DNA of 64,000 nucleotides from Isurus oxyrinchus (GCA_026770705.1 JANJGN010000038.1:124001-188000); one strand, 5' to 3'. Positions 13,151 to 28,700 are shown, counted from the first letter of the stretch. Translations and numbers: made by a program. Notes: generated by a model from the letters alone, not told the origin.

Positions 13151-14619
13151 CCGAAGTTAAGGTGTCATACATTAGTGCATGTGATTCCGAAAACGTTGCA
13201 AATAAGTTGCCGAATAACAGAAGCAAGGACCATTGAACTCTGAATGGAATAAGGTTTGCGATGGGAACTGTGAACAGATCATGTCCGTGTTGAATATTTG
13301 GCAACAATCTCAGTCGTGGCTCAGAATATTTGGGTTCCAGTCTCTCTCCAGTTAAAATCCTAGAACTCTCTCCCTAACAACACTGCAGGTGTACCTACAC
13401 CATGTGGACTGCAGTGGTTCAAGAAGGCAGTTCACCACGACCTTCTCAAGGGAAATATGGGATGGGCAATAAATGTTGGCCCAGCCAGCGAAGCTCGCAT
13501 GCCGTGAATGAATGAGAAAAAGAGACTGGACCCCATAAACTGGGTGGGTTCTGCAGGTGTCAGTATAAATTCAAGTTTAATTGCTTTTAATTGGTCCTTC
13601 TGCCCAATATGTTCTTATAGTCAGAATCGATGAGAGAATATAGCAGACAGAACAATCCTGTACAGTGTCCCTATCCAGCCAGACAGGGGTTCCTGCGACA
13701 CAATCGCACGTTTGACCAGCGCGTTCACTGAAAAACAATTCTTCCAGTTAAATTAATGAAACAAGTGGCGATGACATGGCCCGGCAGATTGGAGCCTGGT
13801 ATAATAATGATCACAGAGGCAGCCTGTAACGTATGAATGACAGAGGCCATTTTTACCGCTTGTACTCTTGCATTGAGCGAGGTAGATGAGCAAAGAAATC
13901 CGAATGTAATTGTACAGCAAACTGGAAGGAAGCAGTTGTGTTTTGGGGAGAGTGCAGGCTCCTATGCGATGATGAGCGGGGGAGGGAATTGTGTGATAAG
14001 AAAGTCATGGAGATATCATGACAAAGGCCCGTGTGACTGACTCCACCTGACTAAGAATGTTTATACCCAAGGGGGAGGCAATAAGGACATGGAGATGCAG
14101 ATGTTCTGATATCTGAGCTGACACTGACGCACCTGACAGAGGAACAGAAACGGATCTGTTCCTTCAGAGCTTTTCCTGCAGTTTTGGAGTTGCACAGAGG
14201 CACACGGGCCGAATCTGACAGCTCAAACAAACCGACATTTTCAATCTTCTGCTTAATTTTCATTGTGACTGAAAAGGTCAAATAGCAAAATTTCCCCAGA
14301 GCAAAATTCAGTGCCACAGAGATTCAGGAGGTGGGGATTTTCTGATCAGAGTTCGATCCAGGGGCATTCACTTGGAGTTTATAAATAGCGTCTTGAAAGA
14401 TACCTGACAATTATCAGCATTACACGTACAGACACTTTCAGACGGCAGGATTAGCGCACCAGGTAAACTGTAATTATCACGTTTTATTTGGGCTCAATAA
14501 AGGACAGAGGAGGTGCCGAAATGATACTGCAACAAGAAGATACATAAATACAGAAAAATAAACAGTAAGAAGAGCAGAGAATCATTGAAAAAGTCCTTAA
14601 ACCTATTGTGCCTGTGTCG

Positions 14620-15790
14620 GCTCTTTTAAAGGTCTGTCCAATATTCCCCATAATGGTCAGGAAAGCGGGATCTCAGGATATGCAGGGGAAGGTGGCAGGT
14701 TGGATCCAAATTTGTCTCATGGCAGGAAACAAAGTGCAATGGTCAATGGGTGTTTCTGCGAAAGGGAAACGGTTCCCAGTGCTTTTCCACAACGCTCAGT
14801 GCTGGGCTCTTGCTGTTTGTTGTGTTTATTAATAACTTAAATTTAAATGTGAGAGGCATGATTGGGAAATTTGCAGATGACGCAAAAATTGGTCGTGTAG
14901 GGGAGAGACTAGCTGTGGACTCCAAAATGACATGACTGGTTTGGTTGAGTAGGCGAAGTGGCAAATGGGATTGAATTTGGAAAAGTGTGAGCTAATGCAT
15001 TTGAGAGGGCGGAGGAGACAAAGCAAAGGAATTCTTAATAAAGAGAAAGATATTGAGAGGCTGAGGAAGAGCGAGACCTTGGGGTGGATGTTCACAGCTC
15101 CCCGAAAGTTGGCAGGACAGGTGGACAAGGTGGTCAAGAAAACATATGCAATGTTTTCCTTTATTGGGCGAGGTATTGAACAGAAAAGCAAGGATGTAAT
15201 AATGGAACTGTGTAAAACGCTGGTTCAACTACAGCTGGAGCTTTGCGTACAATCCTGGTCACCACGTTACAAGAAAGCATAATCGCTCACAGAGAGCTTA
15301 GAGGAGATTTACAAGAGTGTTGCCAGGGCTTGAAAATAGCAGCTATGAGGAGAGAGTATATAGGCTAGGGCTGTTTTTCTTAGAACAGAGAAGGCTAAGG
15401 GGTGACATGATTCAGGTGTACAAAATGACGAGGGGCCTAGATAGGGCAGACAAGGAAGAGTTGTCCCTCGTCACTGAGCCGTCAGTTATCAGGGGGAACA
15501 GAGTTAAGGTGATTGGTAGACAGATTAGAGGGGACATGAGGAAAAACATTTTCACCAAGATGGTGGTTGACATCTGGAATTCACTGCATAAGTTGGTGGT
15601 TGAAGTAGAAACGGTCAGCCCATTTAAAAGGCACCTGGATCTGCACCTGAACTGATGTAACCTGCAAGGTTATGGACCAGGTGCTGGGAAGTGGGGTTAA
15701 AATGAGCGGCAAGTTTCTTTTATTTTTGGCCAGTGCAATCACAATGGGCTGAATGGCCTCTTTCTGCACCATAACTTTTCTAGGGTTCTA
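14620..15790 (+). mobile_element. 5'-truncated CR1 LINE
   Basis: KFADDAKIG, LELCVQSWSPRY and LRGDMIQVYK motifs followed by the CR1 3' tail. Confidence 0.85.
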
Positions 15791-16919
15791 TGTTTCTATT
15801 ATCTGACAGTTTTTAAGCTCTAAAGTATGTATACTCTTTCCAAAGTTGAATTCGCTTCTGCTATCATTTCAGCTTGTTCTTTCCAGCTCATGACAACTCA
15901 CCGTGTTAAAAAATTCAGTTCTAATCTCACCATCCAGTTGAATTAATCTGAATCTGTCATCTCTGATCACTGATTGTTGTGCCAGTTGAAATGGGCTCTC
16001 TTTATTTACTCCATCAAACCTTTAGTGATTTTGAACATGTGTATGAAAGAGATGTAGAGATGGAGAGAGATGCCAGAACTGACACAGAGCATAAAACTGA
16101 GCGAGGTTAAAGAGAAATAAGGAAGAGGCGGCGTGAGAGGTAAATTGAGAAATAAAGCCAACAAGCAACACAGAGCAAATGTCACAAAATATAAGGGAGC
16201 AAGCGGTCATTTCCCAGCTTTAGAGAACAGGGGAAGTTCAGTGAATGATCCACAGACACATCCAGTTATGGTCTGGAATGGCAACTCGAAATAGAAATAG
16301 ATCACAGCAGCCCCATTTGTAAATCTCACCGCAATGTGATCTGTGTGATGCTGCACTGACTCTGTGGCCAGATATAGGCCGCCTTCACAGATGTTTCCAC
16401 CAGATTGTGGCCCCTAGATTTATTTACTGCTCAGAAGTGAGATGTGTGGTTAGGAACCAGCAGCAGAGAAACAGGAAGTGGTGTTACCTGAGAATGAAAC
16501 AGCAGCCGTCAGTTTGATGTTATCACCATGAACAGTCTTCCTGCCTGTGAGGGTGAACTCACTCTGACAGCATCAAGAAGCCCAGCATAGATTGTTCCTA
16601 GTTTTTACATTGCATTCACCTCCATTCCCATATAAAAAACAAAACATATGAGTTTCTATTGGTTGTAGCATGTTTATTGAAGGTGGAGGTGGATTAAGGA
16701 TTATCACTGGGAGAAAAAAATAAAAAAAAATTAAAAATCCTTCACAGATGACTCCTTGGGTAAAGAATGTTTTAAATGAATCATGTGTTGTCTGGTAAAG
16801 GGACAAGAGAGTTAAATGGCCTCTGTGTAAGAGCGGGGTTAAATAATTTATGTTGTATCTGAGACAGTTTAAGTGATTAAGTTGCTGTTTTGGAAAGAAA
16901 AGAGGACAAGATGCTGAGC

Positions 16920-17050
16920 TGTTGAGAGAGAGAGAGAGAGACAGAGAGAGAGAGATAAGAGATTAAATGTGTTTCATGAAGCTTATCCGTCCGTCCGTCC
17001 GTCCGTCCATCCACCCATCCATCTATCTATCTATCCATCTCTCTATCTGT
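16920..17050. repeat. Compound microsatellite (GA)n(GTCC)n(TCTA)n
   Basis: Read directly. Confidence 0.9.
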
Positions 17051-17924
17051 CTATGAGATGGTGTTTAGTGTAGTCTTAAATGAGCTGTGGCCTAGTGTGT
17101 TGTAAACATAAACAGTGTTTGGATCAGTCTAACTGAGGAACATCCTTGTGTAATTTAAAAGCACTCCGGCTTGAAGGTGATAACTCAGACTAGCCTAATT
17201 TAATAGAAATAGAGATATGGACTATTTTAATATTAGATGAAATAGGTTTGGCTGTAACAGTAACGGAGACATTGTCTAAAGCAGAAAAACTGAGGCTGAA
17301 TCCACTGCAGCCATTACATATAAAGTAACTGGAAGAAAATAATTTCATACAGCGCCTAGGGGCAGTGATTGATGATACAGGGTTTGATGAATATAAACGG
17401 AGACACGGTCAAGCGCACTGGCTGATGATGCAGGGTTTGATCAGTAACAACTGAGGCAGGGACTAGTGCAGTGATTGATGATACAGGGCCTAGATTAATA
17501 TCAATTGAAACAGGGCCTAGTGAAGGAATTACTTATTAAGCTCCTTGATGAATATAAACTGAGACGAGGTCTAGTAGCAGTGATTAGTGTAACAGGGTCT
17601 AGATTTAAATGAATTGAGGCATGGTAAAGTGCAGTGATTACTGATACAAGACCGAGATTGATATAAACTGGGACAGTGCCTAGTGCAGCGATGACTGTTA
17701 CTGTGCAGAGATTAATGTAAACTGAGACAATGCCTAGTGAATGAATTACTGATTAAGAGCCTTGGTGAATATAAAGTGGGGCAGGGGCAAGTGCAGTGAT
17801 TACTGATGTAAGGCCTAGATTTATATAAAGTGAGGGAGGGTCAAGTTCTGTGATTACTGATACTGGACCTGGGTTAAAATGAACAGAACAGAATCTAGTG
17901 CCGCCATTACCGATACATCACCTG

Positions 17925-19180
17925 ACATAGGTGTACAACCTCATATCCCTCACATGGGAAGGGGACTGCATGCTGAGGGAGCTCAGGAATGCTCTGATTA
18001 TGAGTCTACTCAAGAAGGGAGACAAGTCTGATTGCAGTAACCTAAAGAATCCCCTTTGCTGTCATCCAGAGGAAAGATTATTGCAAGCATCCTCCTTAGT
18101 CACAAACTTACCATGACCACAGAGCTCTTTACAGAGGCGCAGTGACGTTTTCTGCCATCGAGAGGCACCATGGTGTTCACTGTGTGACAAATCAATGAGA
18201 AATGCCACAAGCAGCAGCAACAGCTGCACACGGCCTTGCTCCGCATCACAAATGCCTTTTCCTCTGCTGACGATTAAGACATATGGAGTATCCCCTCAAA
18301 TTTGGTGCCGTCAGAAATTTTTCACCATCCTCCATCTGTTCCACAAGGGATTGCAAGCCCTGATCCTCACCAGCGGAACCATCACGGACCCCACCTCTGT
18401 GAAAACTGGGTCAGACAGGCTTGTGTAACCGCACCAACCCTCTCCTCATTGTTTTCTCTATGTAATAGTTCACCTCACCTCCAGAGGATTACCCACAGGT
18501 TGGAGATAATCTAGCAAACAGACAGGAAACTGTTGATCCTACACCACCTTCAATCCAAAACCAAAATCTCCCAGCATCATTCATTGAGCTTCAGTAATCT
18601 TGTGGTTCTTGTGTGCACCCTTACTGAAAACTGAGCTCCAGTTTATTGCTGACAACTTCTTTGAAGGATATGAAAAAATTGGCTTTTCATTAATCACCCA
18701 GAGTGATAAGACTCACTTCCAAACAGCCCCCAGACCACAAAACCTCCCCCATTGGCAAGATCCAGAAAATGTGGATCTTCTTCAATACCTTCGGAGACTC
18801 CTCTCTAGGAAGGCAGAAGTAGGCAACAAAACTCATCATCGAGTCTAAAGCGGCCGGCCAGCCTTTGGCCGACAGACGATCATGGTATTTGAGGATTAGA
18901 ATTCCAAACCCAAGTCTCTGGCCATGGTATACTGGGCAGCAGTGATCTCCAAGCACCTAAATGCTTCTGAGCCTTGGACAACACCGAGTAGGCACCTCTA
19001 AGTTCTGAAGAATTAATATCAGCAGTGCCATCAGAAGGTTCTACAAACCCAATGTAGGAAAGGCAGTCAAACAGCAGTGTCCTCTCTCAAACCAACATGC
19101 CCAACAGAGGGACCCTCATCACTCAATAGAGGCTCTGCTGGGTGGAACATATGGTTCATATGCCGAACACAAAACTCCCA
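17925..19180 (+). mobile_element. RTE-clade LINE RT remnant
   Basis: LIMSLLKKGDKSDCSN, EAQ..F...RGT, VRQACVTAPTL and FQYLRRLLSRKA motifs typical of RTE ORF. Confidence 0.7.
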
Positions 19181-19779
19181 AAGTCATTAATCCACTTGGA
19201 ACTCTGTCTCGGCAGGAGGCAAATAGAGTGCCTGAGGGATGTGCTCAAAGCATCCCAGAAATGTTCGAACATTTCTGCCAGTTCATAGGGGTCCCTAGTT
19301 TGTGGCTGACCAAAATCAAAGAAGCTTATTGGGGAAGGCTGATGTCCACTAATATCCTTCAGGGGAGTCATGCCAGGGTCACTCAGCTCCTGATCCCATT
19401 ACAGCCTTGGTCTAAACATGGACAAATGAGCTAAAATCTAAAGTTGAGGTGAAAGTAACAGCCTTTGATATGAAGGCAGCATCTGTCAGAATGTGGCATC
19501 AAGGAGCAAAACTGGAGTCAATGGGAATCTGCGGGGAAACTCTCTGTTGGTCAGTGTCATCTGTAACACAGACGAAGCTGGTTGTGGTTGTTGGAGAATT
19601 AATCATCTCAGTTCCAGAACATCACTGCAGTTGTTAATTAGAGTAATGCCCTAGGTCCAACCATCTTTAGCAGAGTCTGCAGATGGCACATTGGGCCTAA
19701 CAGCCAAATCAGAACATATCGAAGTGGCATGGCAGCATGTCATCCTCGAGCCTGAGGGAATGCCTAAGAAGAAGGAGAC

Positions 19780-22700
19780 AGTCTCTAGATGAATTTAAAC
19801 CGAGACAGAACATAGTGCAGTGATTGCTGATTCAGGTTCTAGATTAATCTGTACGTCTATTACAGAAACAGGGGTGAGATTGGTATTGACTAAAATAGAG
19901 TCTAGTGCAGTAATAACTTAACAGACCTTAAGTATTATAAGCGGAGTAGGGGCATTGTGCAGTAATTATAGATACAGTACCTCGATTACTATAAACTGAG
20001 ATAGTGCCTATTACAGTGAATGCTGATACAGGGCTTAGAATAAAACAACCTGAGACAGCATCTACCACAGTGATTACAGACACAGGGCCTAGATTTATAT
20101 AAACTGAGACCGGGTTTGTTAGCGTAATTTCTGATACAGTGCCTTGGTTAATATAAGCTCAGACAGGGCCTTTTACATTGATTACTGATACAGGGCCAAG
20201 ATTAATTTAAGCTACAACTGGATCTATTACAGAGAGTACTGATGCAAGGTAAAGATTCATATAGACTGAGGCAGGGTCTATTACAGTGATTCCTGATACA
20301 GGGTCTATATTCATATAAATTGAGACAGGGTCAATCACAATGCTTATTGATACAGGCTCTAAATTAATATTGGCTGTGGGCAGGGTTTATTACAGTAATT
20401 ACCAATACAATGTCTGTATTAATATAAAAAGAGATGTGGTCTATCACAGTGATTACTGATACAAGGCCTGGATTAATATAAAATGAGACAGGGTCTATTA
20501 CAGTGATTACTGAAGCAAGGTATGGATTAATCACAACTGAGTCAGGGTCCATTACAGTGATTAATGATACAGGGTTTGGCTGAATATAAACTGAGGCAGG
20601 GACTATTACAGCGATTAGCAATGCAATGTATGGATTAATATCAACTGAGTCAGGGCCCATTACAGTGATTACTGATATGGGGTCTAGATCAATATAAACT
20701 GAGGCAGGGATTATTACAGTGATTACCGGTGCAAGGTATGGATTAATATAAACTGAGTCATGGTATGTTACAGTGATCACTGATACAAGGAATGGATTCA
20801 TATCAACTGAGACAAGCTCGATTAAAGTGATGACTGATGCAATGTCTGGGTTAATATAAACTTGGACAGGGTATATTCGAGTGATTACTGATACATGGTA
20901 TCGATTAAAATTAACTGAGACAGGGTCTGTTACATTTATCAATGATAATTGGTCTAAATGATTATAAACTGAGACAGGGTCTCTTCCAGTGATTACTGAT
21001 GCAAGGTATGGACTAATAAAAAATGAGACAGGGTTTATTACAGCGATTATTGATGCATTGCATGGATTAAAAGAAACTAAGACAGAGTATACCACAGTAA
21101 TTACCAATACTTATTAATATTAACTGAGACAGGATCTATTACAGTGGTTACTGATACAAGGCCTGGATTAATATAAAATGAGACAGGGTCTATTACTGTT
21201 ATTACCGATGCAAGGTATGGATTAATCATAACTGAGTCAGGGTCCAATACAGTGATTACTGATACAGGGTCCAGATGAATATAAACTGAGGCAGGGACTA
21301 TTACAGTGATTAGCAATGCAATGTATGGATTAACATAAACTAAGACAGGGTCTCTAACAGTGGTTACTGAAACAAGGTCTGTATTAATATAAACTGAGAC
21401 AGAGTCTATTACTGTGATTAATGATACAAGGTATGGATTAATATCAACTGAGTCAGGGCCCATTACAGTGATTACTGATATGGGGTCTAGATCAATATAA
21501 ACTGAGGAAGGGATTATTACAGTGATTACCGGTGCATGGTATGGATTAATATAAACTGAGTCATGGCATGTTACAGTGATTACTGATACAAGGAATTGAT
21601 ACATGTCAACTGAGACAAGGTCGATTACAGTGATGACTGATGCAATGTCTGGGTTATAAACTTGGACAGGGTATATTCAAGTGATTACTGATACATGGTA
21701 TCGATTAAAATTAACTGAGACAGGGTCTGTTACATTTATCAATGATAATTGGTCTAAATGATTATAAACTGAGACAGGGTCTCTTCCAGTGATTACTGAT
21801 GCAAGGTATGGACTAATAAAAAATGAGACAAGGTTTATTACAGCGATTATTGATGCATTGCATGGATTAAAAGAAACTGAGACAGAGTATACTACAGTAA
21901 TTACCAATACTTATTAATATTAACTGAGACAGGATCTATTACAGTGATTACTGATACAAGGCCTGGATTAATATAAAATGAGACAGGGTCTATTACTGTT
22001 ATTACCGATGCAAGGTATGGATTAATCATAACTGAGTCAGGGTCCAATACAGTGATTACTGATACAGGGTCCAGATGAATATAAACTGAGGCAGGGACTA
22101 TTACAGCGATTAGCAATGCAATGTATGGATTAACATAAACTAAGACAGGGTCTCTAACAGTGGTTACTGAAACAAGGTCTGTATTAATATAAACTAAGAC
22201 AGAGTCTATTACTGTGATTAATTATACAAGATATGGATTAATATCAACTGAGACAGGGCCTATTACAGTGATTACTGATATAGGGTCTAGATCAATATAA
22301 ACTGAAGCAGGGAATATTACCATGATTACCGGTGCAAGGTATGGATTAATATAAACTGAGTCATGGTATGTTACAGTGATTACTGATTCAAGGAATGGAT
22401 TCATATCAGCTGAGACAAGATCTATTACAGTGATCACTGATGCAATGTTTGGGTTAATATAAACTTGGACAGGGTATATTCGAGTGATTACTGATACATG
22501 GTACCGATTACAATTAACTGAGACAGGGTCTGTTACATTTATTAATGATAAATGGTCTAGATTAATATAAACTGAGACAGGGTCTCTTCCAGTGATTACT
22601 GATACAGGGTATGGATTAATTTAAAGCGAGACAAGGTCTATTACAATGATTACCAATACAAGGCTTGGATGGATACAAACATAGTCAGGGTCTACTTTAG

Positions 22701-25700
22701 TGATTACTGATACAAAGTATTGATGAATAGCAATTATGACAGGATCTATTATGGGTAATTACTGATACATGGTCTAGAGTAATATAACTTGAGGCAGGGT
22801 TTATATCAGGGTCTATTACAGTGATTACTGATACAGAGTCTAGATTAATATAAATGGAGACAGGGTCAATCACAATGATTATTGATACAAGATCTACATT
22901 AATATAGACTTAGCACTGGGTCTATTACAGTAATTGCCAATACAATGTCTATGTTAATATAAACCGAAACATGGTCTATCACAGTGATTACTAAAACAAG
23001 GTATGTACTAATATAAACTGAGACAGGGTCTGTTACAGTGATTACTGATACAAATTATGGATTAATTTAAACTGAGACAGGGTCTATTACAATGATTACA
23101 GATAAAAGGCATGGATTTGTATCAACTGAGATAGGGTTTATCACAGTGATTACTGATACAGTGTCTGGATTAGCATAAACTGAGACAAGGTCTTTTACTT
23201 TGATTACTGATATATGGTACTGATTAACATAACTTGAAAGGGCCTGTTACAATGACTACCAATACAGGGTCTAGATTAATATAAACAGAGACATTGTCTA
23301 TTATAGTGATTACCAATACAAGGTTGGATTGATATAAATTCATTCAGAGTCTACTTCAATGATTACTGATACAAGGTATTGATTAATATCAACTGAGACA
23401 GGGACTTTTATTTTGATTACTGAGACAAGGTCTGCATTAATATAAACCAAGGCATGGTCTATTACAGTGGTTACTGATACAAGGTGTTGATTAACATCAA
23501 CTGAGTCAGGGTCAATTTCAGTGATGACTGATACAGGGTCTAGATGAATATAAACTGTGTCAAGGTCTATTGGAGTAATTACTATTACAAGTAATGGATT
23601 TACATAAACTGAGTCAGGGCGTATTACAGTCGTTCCTGATGAAGGGTATGGATTAATAAATTGATGAACAGAGTTTATTGCAGTAATTAGTGATACAAGT
23701 AATGGCTTAATATCCACTGAGAAAGGGTGTATTACATTAATTACAAAAAACTATGCCTGTATTACTATAAACTGAGAGAGGGTATCTAACAGTTGTTATT
23801 GATACAAGGTATGGATTAATAACAACTGAGGCAGGGTCTATTACAGTGCTTATTAAACACAGTCTAGATTAGTGTAAATGGAGACAGGGTCATTCACAAT
23901 GATTATTGATACAGAATCTAGATGAATACAGACTAAGGAAAGGGCCTATTGCAGTAATTACCAATAGAATGCCTGTCTTAATTAGCGATTACTGATATAA
24001 GGTATGGATTAATATCACTGAGACAGAGCTTGTTATAGTGACTACAGATACAAGTTTTTAGATTAACATAAACTGAGACATGATTTATTACGGTAATTAC
24101 CAATGCAATGTCTGTGTTAATATAAACTGAGACAGTGCCTATTACAGAGCATATTGATACAAGATATGGATTCATATCAATTGATAGAGGGTCAGTTAAA
24201 GTGATTACTGATACAGCGTCTGGCTTAATATAAATTGAGACAGGGTCCATTACAGTGATTACTGATACAAATTATGGATTAATATAAACTGAGACAAGGC
24301 CTATTACAATGATTAATGATATATGGTATGGATTAAAATAAACTCAGACAGGGTCTGTTACATTGATTTCTGATACAGGGTCTAGATTAATATAAACTAA
24401 GGCAGGGTCCATTAGAATAATTACCAATACGAGATCTGAATTAGTATAAACTGAGACAAGGTATATTACTGTGATTACCAATAGAAGGCCAGTATTGACA
24501 TAAACTAAGTCAGGGTCAGCATCAATGATTACTGATTCAAGGTTTTGATTAATATCAACTGAGACAGGGCCTATTACAATGATTCGTAATACAGGATCAA
24601 GATTAATATAAACTGAGAGAAGGCCTAATACAGTGATTACCGATGCAAGGCATGGATTAATATCAACTGAGATCGGGTCTATTACAGTGATTACTAATAA
24701 GGGTCTAGATTAATATAAACTGAAACAGGGTCTATTACAACGATTATTCAAACAGGGTCTAGATTAATATAAACTGAGTCAGCATCTATTAGACTAATTA
24801 CTAATTCACAGTCGGTATCAATATGAACTGAGACAGGGTCTATTACAGTGATTATTGATACAGGGTCTAGATTAATATAAATGGAGACAGTGTCAATCAG
24901 AATGATTATTGTTATAGGATCTACATTAATATGGACTCAGGACAGCGTCTATTTCAGTGAGTAATGATACAACTTATTGATTAATATAAACTGAGACAGG
25001 TACTATTACAGTAATTACCAAAGCAATGTCCGTATTTATATGAACTAAGACAGGGTCTATTACACTGATTACTGATACAAGGCCTGCATTACTATAAATG
25101 GAGACATAGTCTATTGCATTGATTACTGATAAAAGTCTTGGATTAACATAAACTGGAACAAGTTCTATTACATTAATTACCAATACAATGTCTCTATTAA
25201 TATAATCTGAGACAGGGTCTATTACAGTGTTTACACTGATCCAAGATATGGATTCATATCATCTGAGATAGAGGCTATTACAGTGATTCCTGATACAGGG
25301 TCTGTATTAATATAAAATGAGACAAGGCCTACTACAGTGATTACAGTTATATGGTATGAATTGAAATAAACTGAGACAGGGTCTCTTACAATGCTTACAG
25401 ATACAGAGTCTGGATTAATTAAAACAGAGGCAAGCTCTATTACAGTGGTTGCCAAGAGAAGGCTTTGATGGATCTAAACTGAGTCAGGGCCTACTTCAGT
25501 GATTACTGATACAAGATATCAATTAATTTCAACTGAGACAGGGTCTGTTGCAATGATTAATGTTGCAATGCATGGATTGATTTAAACTGAGACAGGGTCT
25601 TTTACAGTGATTAATGAGACAAGTTCAGTATTAATATAAACTGAGACAGGGTCTCTTTCAGTGGTTACTGATCCAAGGTATGGATTAAAATAAACTGGGA

Positions 25701-28700
25701 CAGTATCTGTTACAGTTCTTACTGATACATGGACTAGATTCAGGTAAATAGAGACCATGTCTCTTTCAGTGATTAATAATACAAGGTCTGGATTGATATA
25801 AATTGAGACAGAGTCTATTCCCGTCATTATCGAGACTAGATCTGTGCTAATATAGATTTAGACAGCATCTACTTCAGTGATTATTGATACAAAGTATTGA
25901 TTAATATCACTGAGACAGGGTCTGTTACAGTGGTTATTGTTAAAATATTTGGATTGATATAAACTGAAATAAGGTCTTTTACTGTCATTAATGATACAAG
26001 GCCTGTATTAATATAAAATGAAACATGGTCCATTACAGTGATTACTGATACAAGGTATGGATTAAAATAAAGTGAGACAAGGTCTGTTAGATTTATTATT
26101 GATACATGGTATGGATTATAAGAAACTGATACAGGGTCTATTACAGTGATCACCAATACAAGACCTGGATTGATATAAACTGAGATAGGGTCTATTCCAG
26201 CCATTACCGAGACAAGGTCAGTATTGATATAAACTGAGTCGGGGTCTACTTCAGTGATCACTGATTCAAGGTATTAATTAATAACAACACAGACAGGGTC
26301 TGTTCTAGCAATTACTATAACAATGTACGGATTGATATAAACTGAGTCAGGGTCTTTTACACTGATTACTGAGACAATGTCTGTGCTAATGTAAAGTGAG
26401 ACAGGGTTTGCTGATACAAGGTATGGATTAATTTGAACTGAGGCAGGGCCTATTACAGTGATCATTGATACAGGGTATCAATTTACATAAACTGAGGCAG
26501 GGTTTATTACAGTGACTACTGATACAAGTTATTGTTTCATATCAACTAAGACAGGGTCTATTGCAGTGATTACTAATGCAGGGTATGGGGATAATATGTA
26601 CTGAGACAGAGTCAATTACAATGATAACTGATACATGGTGTGAATTATGATTAGCAGAGACATGATCTATTACAGTGATTACCAACACAAGGCCTGTATT
26701 GATATAAACTGAGCCACAGTCTACTTCAGTGGTCACTGATACAATGCATTGATTAATATCAACAGAGACAGGGTCTGTTACACTGATTACTGTTACAATG
26801 TATGGATTGAAATAAACCTAAAGAGGGTGTTACACAGTGACTAATGATATAATGTCTGCATTAATATAAATGGAGATAGGGTCTCTTTTAGTGGTGACTG
26901 ATACAAGGCATGGATTAACATCAACTGAGGTAGGGTCTATTACAGTAATTACTAAGACGGGGCCTAGATTAATATAAAATGAGGGAAGGCCTATTTCAAT
27001 GATTACTGTTACAATGTATGGATTACTATAGACGTACAAAGGGTCTATTTCAGTGATTACTATACATGGCCTGTATTAGTATATACTGAGGCAGGGTCTC
27101 TTTCAGTGGTTACTGATACAAGGTATGGATTAATATCAACTGAGGCAGGATCCATTACAGTGATTACTGATACAAGGCGTGGGTTGGTTAATATAATATG
27201 AGACAGAGTCTATTACAGTGTTTACTGATACAAGGTCTGGGCTGGTGTAAATTGAAACAGGGTGTATTACGGCGACTACTAATACAGGGTCTGAATTGAT
27301 ATAATTTGATACTGGGTGTAGTACAGTAATGTCTGATGCAGGGCCTAGGTTAATATACACTGAGACAGGGTCCATTACATTGAACATTGATACAAGGTCT
27401 GTGTTAATATAAGGAGAGGCAGAATTCCTTTCAGTGATTGTTGATACAATGTATGGATTAATATCAAGTGAGCCAATGTCTCTTTTAGTGGTTACTGATG
27501 CAACATATGGATAATATCAACTGATGCAGGGTCTATTACAGTGGTTACTGATACAGGGTCTAGATTAATATAAACAGACAGGTTCTGTTACAGTGTTAGT
27601 GATATAAGGTCTGGACTGGTGCAAACTGAGACAGCATGTTTTACAGCGACTACTGACACAGGGTCTGTATTGATATAATTTGAAACTCAGTACAGGACAA
27701 TGATCACTGATACAGTTCTGGATTAATATAAACTGAGACTGGGTCTAGTACAATAATTACTGATATAGGTCCTGGATTGATATAAACTGAGGCAGTGACT
27801 AGTACAGTAATTGCTAATACATGGTATGGATTAAGATAAACTGAAAAAGGGTCAATTAATGTGGTTACCGACATAAAGCCTGCATTAATATAAACTGAGA
27901 ATGGGTTAAATACATTAAGTAATGATACAGGGCCTAGATTAATATAAACTGAGACAGGCTTGATTACAGTGATTACTGATAAATGGTCTCAATTAATTTA
28001 AACTTATGCAGAGTCTATTACAAAGATTACTGATACAGGGTCCAGGTTAATAAAAACTGAGACAAGGCCTATTGAGGTGATTACCAGTACAATATCTGCA
28101 TTAATATAAACAGCGACAGTGTCTATTCAATTGAATACTGATACAAGGCACGGATTAAAATAAATGGAGCCAGTGTGTATTACTGTGAATACTGATACAG
28201 GTTATGGGTTAATATAAACTGAGACAGGCTCCATTACAGCATTCACCAATACAATATCAGTGAATATATAAACTGAGAAAGGGTATTTTACAGTGATTAT
28301 TGATTCAAGGCATGGATTAATATAAACTGCGACTGGGTGTATTACAGTGATTGCTGATACATGGTATTGATTAACATAAACTGAGACAGGGTCTATTACA
28401 GTGATAACCAATTCTTGGTCTGGGCTGATACTAACTGAGACAGGGTCTATTCCAGTGATTAACAAGACAAGGTCTATATTGATAGAAACTGTGTCAGGGT
28501 TTTTACAGGGATTACTGATACAAGTTATTGATTACTATCAACTGAGGCAAGGTCTCTTATGGTGATTACTAATACAAGGTTTGTATTAATAAAAACTGAG
28601 ACAGGGTCTCTTTCAGTGCTTACTGATACAAGACATGGATTAATATAAACTGAGACACTGTGAATTACAGTGAATACTGAAACAGGTTATCAGTTATTAT

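Noticed and set aside
20364-28465. Many minus-strand V/I/T/P-rich ORFs (VITVIDPVSVYINPYL repeats)
   Set aside because: Artefact of a 54-bp (18-codon) satellite whose consensus is open in one frame; the homogeneous subarray has a TAA in that frame in every unit
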